Origin: Schizochytrium sp. TIO01 | Taxonomy: Eukaryota; Protista; Bigyra: Labyrinthulomycetes | Assembly (NCBI GenBank): GCA_004764695.1 | Contig: SMSO01000025.1 | Span: 2,232,001 to 2,296,000, forward strand | DNA length: 64,000 nt | Direction of reading: 5' to 3' | Part shown: piece after piece, positions 62,985-64,000 of the stretch | How the letters are laid out: each line of letters opens with the position of its first letter | How positions within the stretch are numbered: the stretch's first letter is position 1 | Notes under the pieces: generated by a model | The model's database searches: none | The model's input: the letters and a program-made list of their open reading frames with translations, nothing else | What the model was told of the DNA's origin: nothing | Program-made: the position numbers and the translations under genes

Positions 62985-64000
62985 ATGGCTTCTTTCGCTG
63001 CGTCCGGCGTGAACTGCTACGCTCCTAACCCGAGTCCTGAGCGTGGACTTAGCTATGCCCTCAACTCCAGTCCTGATGGCAGCAAGCTCATTTACGGCTC
63101 CGGATACTCTGTGGTAATTCGTGATGCTGCCAATCCTCAAGATGTTGAAGTACTCGTTGGTCATCGCAAAAAGGTCAGCGTAGCCAAGTATTCTCCTGAT
63201 GGTATGCTCATCGCCTCCGCGGATGCTAGTGGCACAGTTCGTATCTGGTCCTCTGTGGATTTCTCACTCAAAAAGGAATTGCCGTGCCTCGGCGGTGCTA
63301 TCTTCGACCTTGCCTTTGACGACACAAGCAAGCGCATGGTCGTTTGCGGAGACGCTCGTGGAGTGAACTGTCGCGTGTTCATGTGGGAGTCTGGAAGCCC
63401 TCAGGGAGAGCCTGCAGGCACCTCCAAGCGTGTCCTTTCGTGCGATATCCGGCCCACGCAGCCGAGTCACCTGGCTACTGCCAGTGAGGACATGAAGGTC
63501 CGTCTTCACAAGGGACCGCCGTACAAGTTTACCGGTGCCTTCGAGGAGCACAAGAACTTTGTACAGTGTGTGAGGTACTCTCCTGATGGCCAGTTTATTG
63601 CGACTGCCTCCAGCGACAAGAACATCTACATTCTCGATGCGGAATCTGGTGAAATCCATACCAAGCTCCCCGAGGAGCACAAGGGATCTATCTACGCGGT
63701 CTCTTGGTCTCCCGACTCCAAGATGCTCCTCTCATGTTCAGGAGACAAGTCTGTAAAGCTCTGGGACATTTCATCATCCTCTTGTGCTGCAACTGTCTCT
63801 CTTGGAAACTCGGTATCTGACATGCAGGTTGGATGCGTCTTCTGCGGAGAAGAAGCTGTTTCGCTCAGCCTCAACGGAGACTTGCACTTCCTCGACATGG
63901 GTTCTTCTTCTGTGCAGCGTACTATCCAGTCTCATTCAAGTGTTCCGGCCAATATTTGCCGCGACTGGAGTGCCGACACCCCGGAGGTTTACGTGGGCTC
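62985..64000 (+). CDS. WDR1: Actin-interacting protein 1 (AIP1/WDR1), WD40; continues beyond the window
   Basis: Not in the ORF track (no stop in window). CAAAATG start; MASFAASGVNCYAPNPSPERG...GH..KVSVAKYSPDG.LIASADASGTVRIW...SEDMKVRLHKGPPYKF...HKNFVQCVRYSPDG. The P..RG and GPP(F/Y)KF motifs are AIP1 hallmarks. Confidence 0.92.
   Translation, partial: MASFAASGVNCYAPNPSPERGLSYALNSSPDGSKLIYGSGYSVVIRDAANPQDVEVLVGHRKKVSVAKYSPDGMLIASADASGTVRIWSSVDFSLKKELPCLGGAIFDLAFDDTSKRMVVCGDARGVNCRVFMWESGSPQGEPAGTSKRVLSCDIRPTQPSHLATASEDMKVRLHKGPPYKFTGAFEEHKNFVQCVRYSPDGQFIATASSDKNIYILDAESGEIHTKLPEEHKGSIYAVSWSPDSKMLLSCSGDKSVKLWDISSSSCAATVSLGNSVSDMQVGCVFCGEEAVSLSLNGDLHFLDMGSSSVQRTIQSHSSVPANICRDWSADTPEVYVG

Noticed and set aside
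63161-63898. Minus-strand ORFs at the right end
   Set aside because: Antisense shadows of the AIP1/WDR1 CDS.

Overview
Gene-dense, intron-poor eukaryotic DNA of moderate GC, with GT-AG introns and a flagellar assembly gene. This is most consistent with a flagellated stramenopile such as a thraustochytrid (inference from gene content and style, not tested). About 20 protein-coding genes are supported: an ABP34-like EF-hand/coiled-coil protein (runs off the left edge), LZTR1-like Kelch-BTB, PKA regulatory subunit, DAW1/ODA16, an ER-type hexose-6-phosphate dehydrogenase ending in HDEL, an RGS protein, PC4/SUB1, ZNHIT2-like, a 3-exon mitochondrial citrate carrier, an ACSF3-like malonyl-CoA synthetase, a PDZ/RhoGAP-like protein, an LRR-coiled-coil-PH protein, a 2-exon LYRM2-like protein, IGHMBP2 helicase, a tandem pair of DUF4359-like/inactive-rhomboid genes (second copy frameshifted), a GFA/CENP-V-SH3-polyproline protein, a divergent PP1, and AIP1/WDR1 (runs off the right edge). 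I found no tRNA, rRNA, CRISPR array or intact transposon. The most notable items are several apparent pseudoenzymes with unusual domain fusions, a convergent gene pair whose stop codons lie 2 bp apart (a PDZ-like protein and a protein ending in a PDZ-ligand-like tail), the H6PD with HDEL but no lactonase domain, decayed gene relics, a microsatellite-dense gene-free block, and a recurrent CTACTAC/GTAGTAG intergenic motif. All domain calls are by-eye motif recognition; no searches were run.
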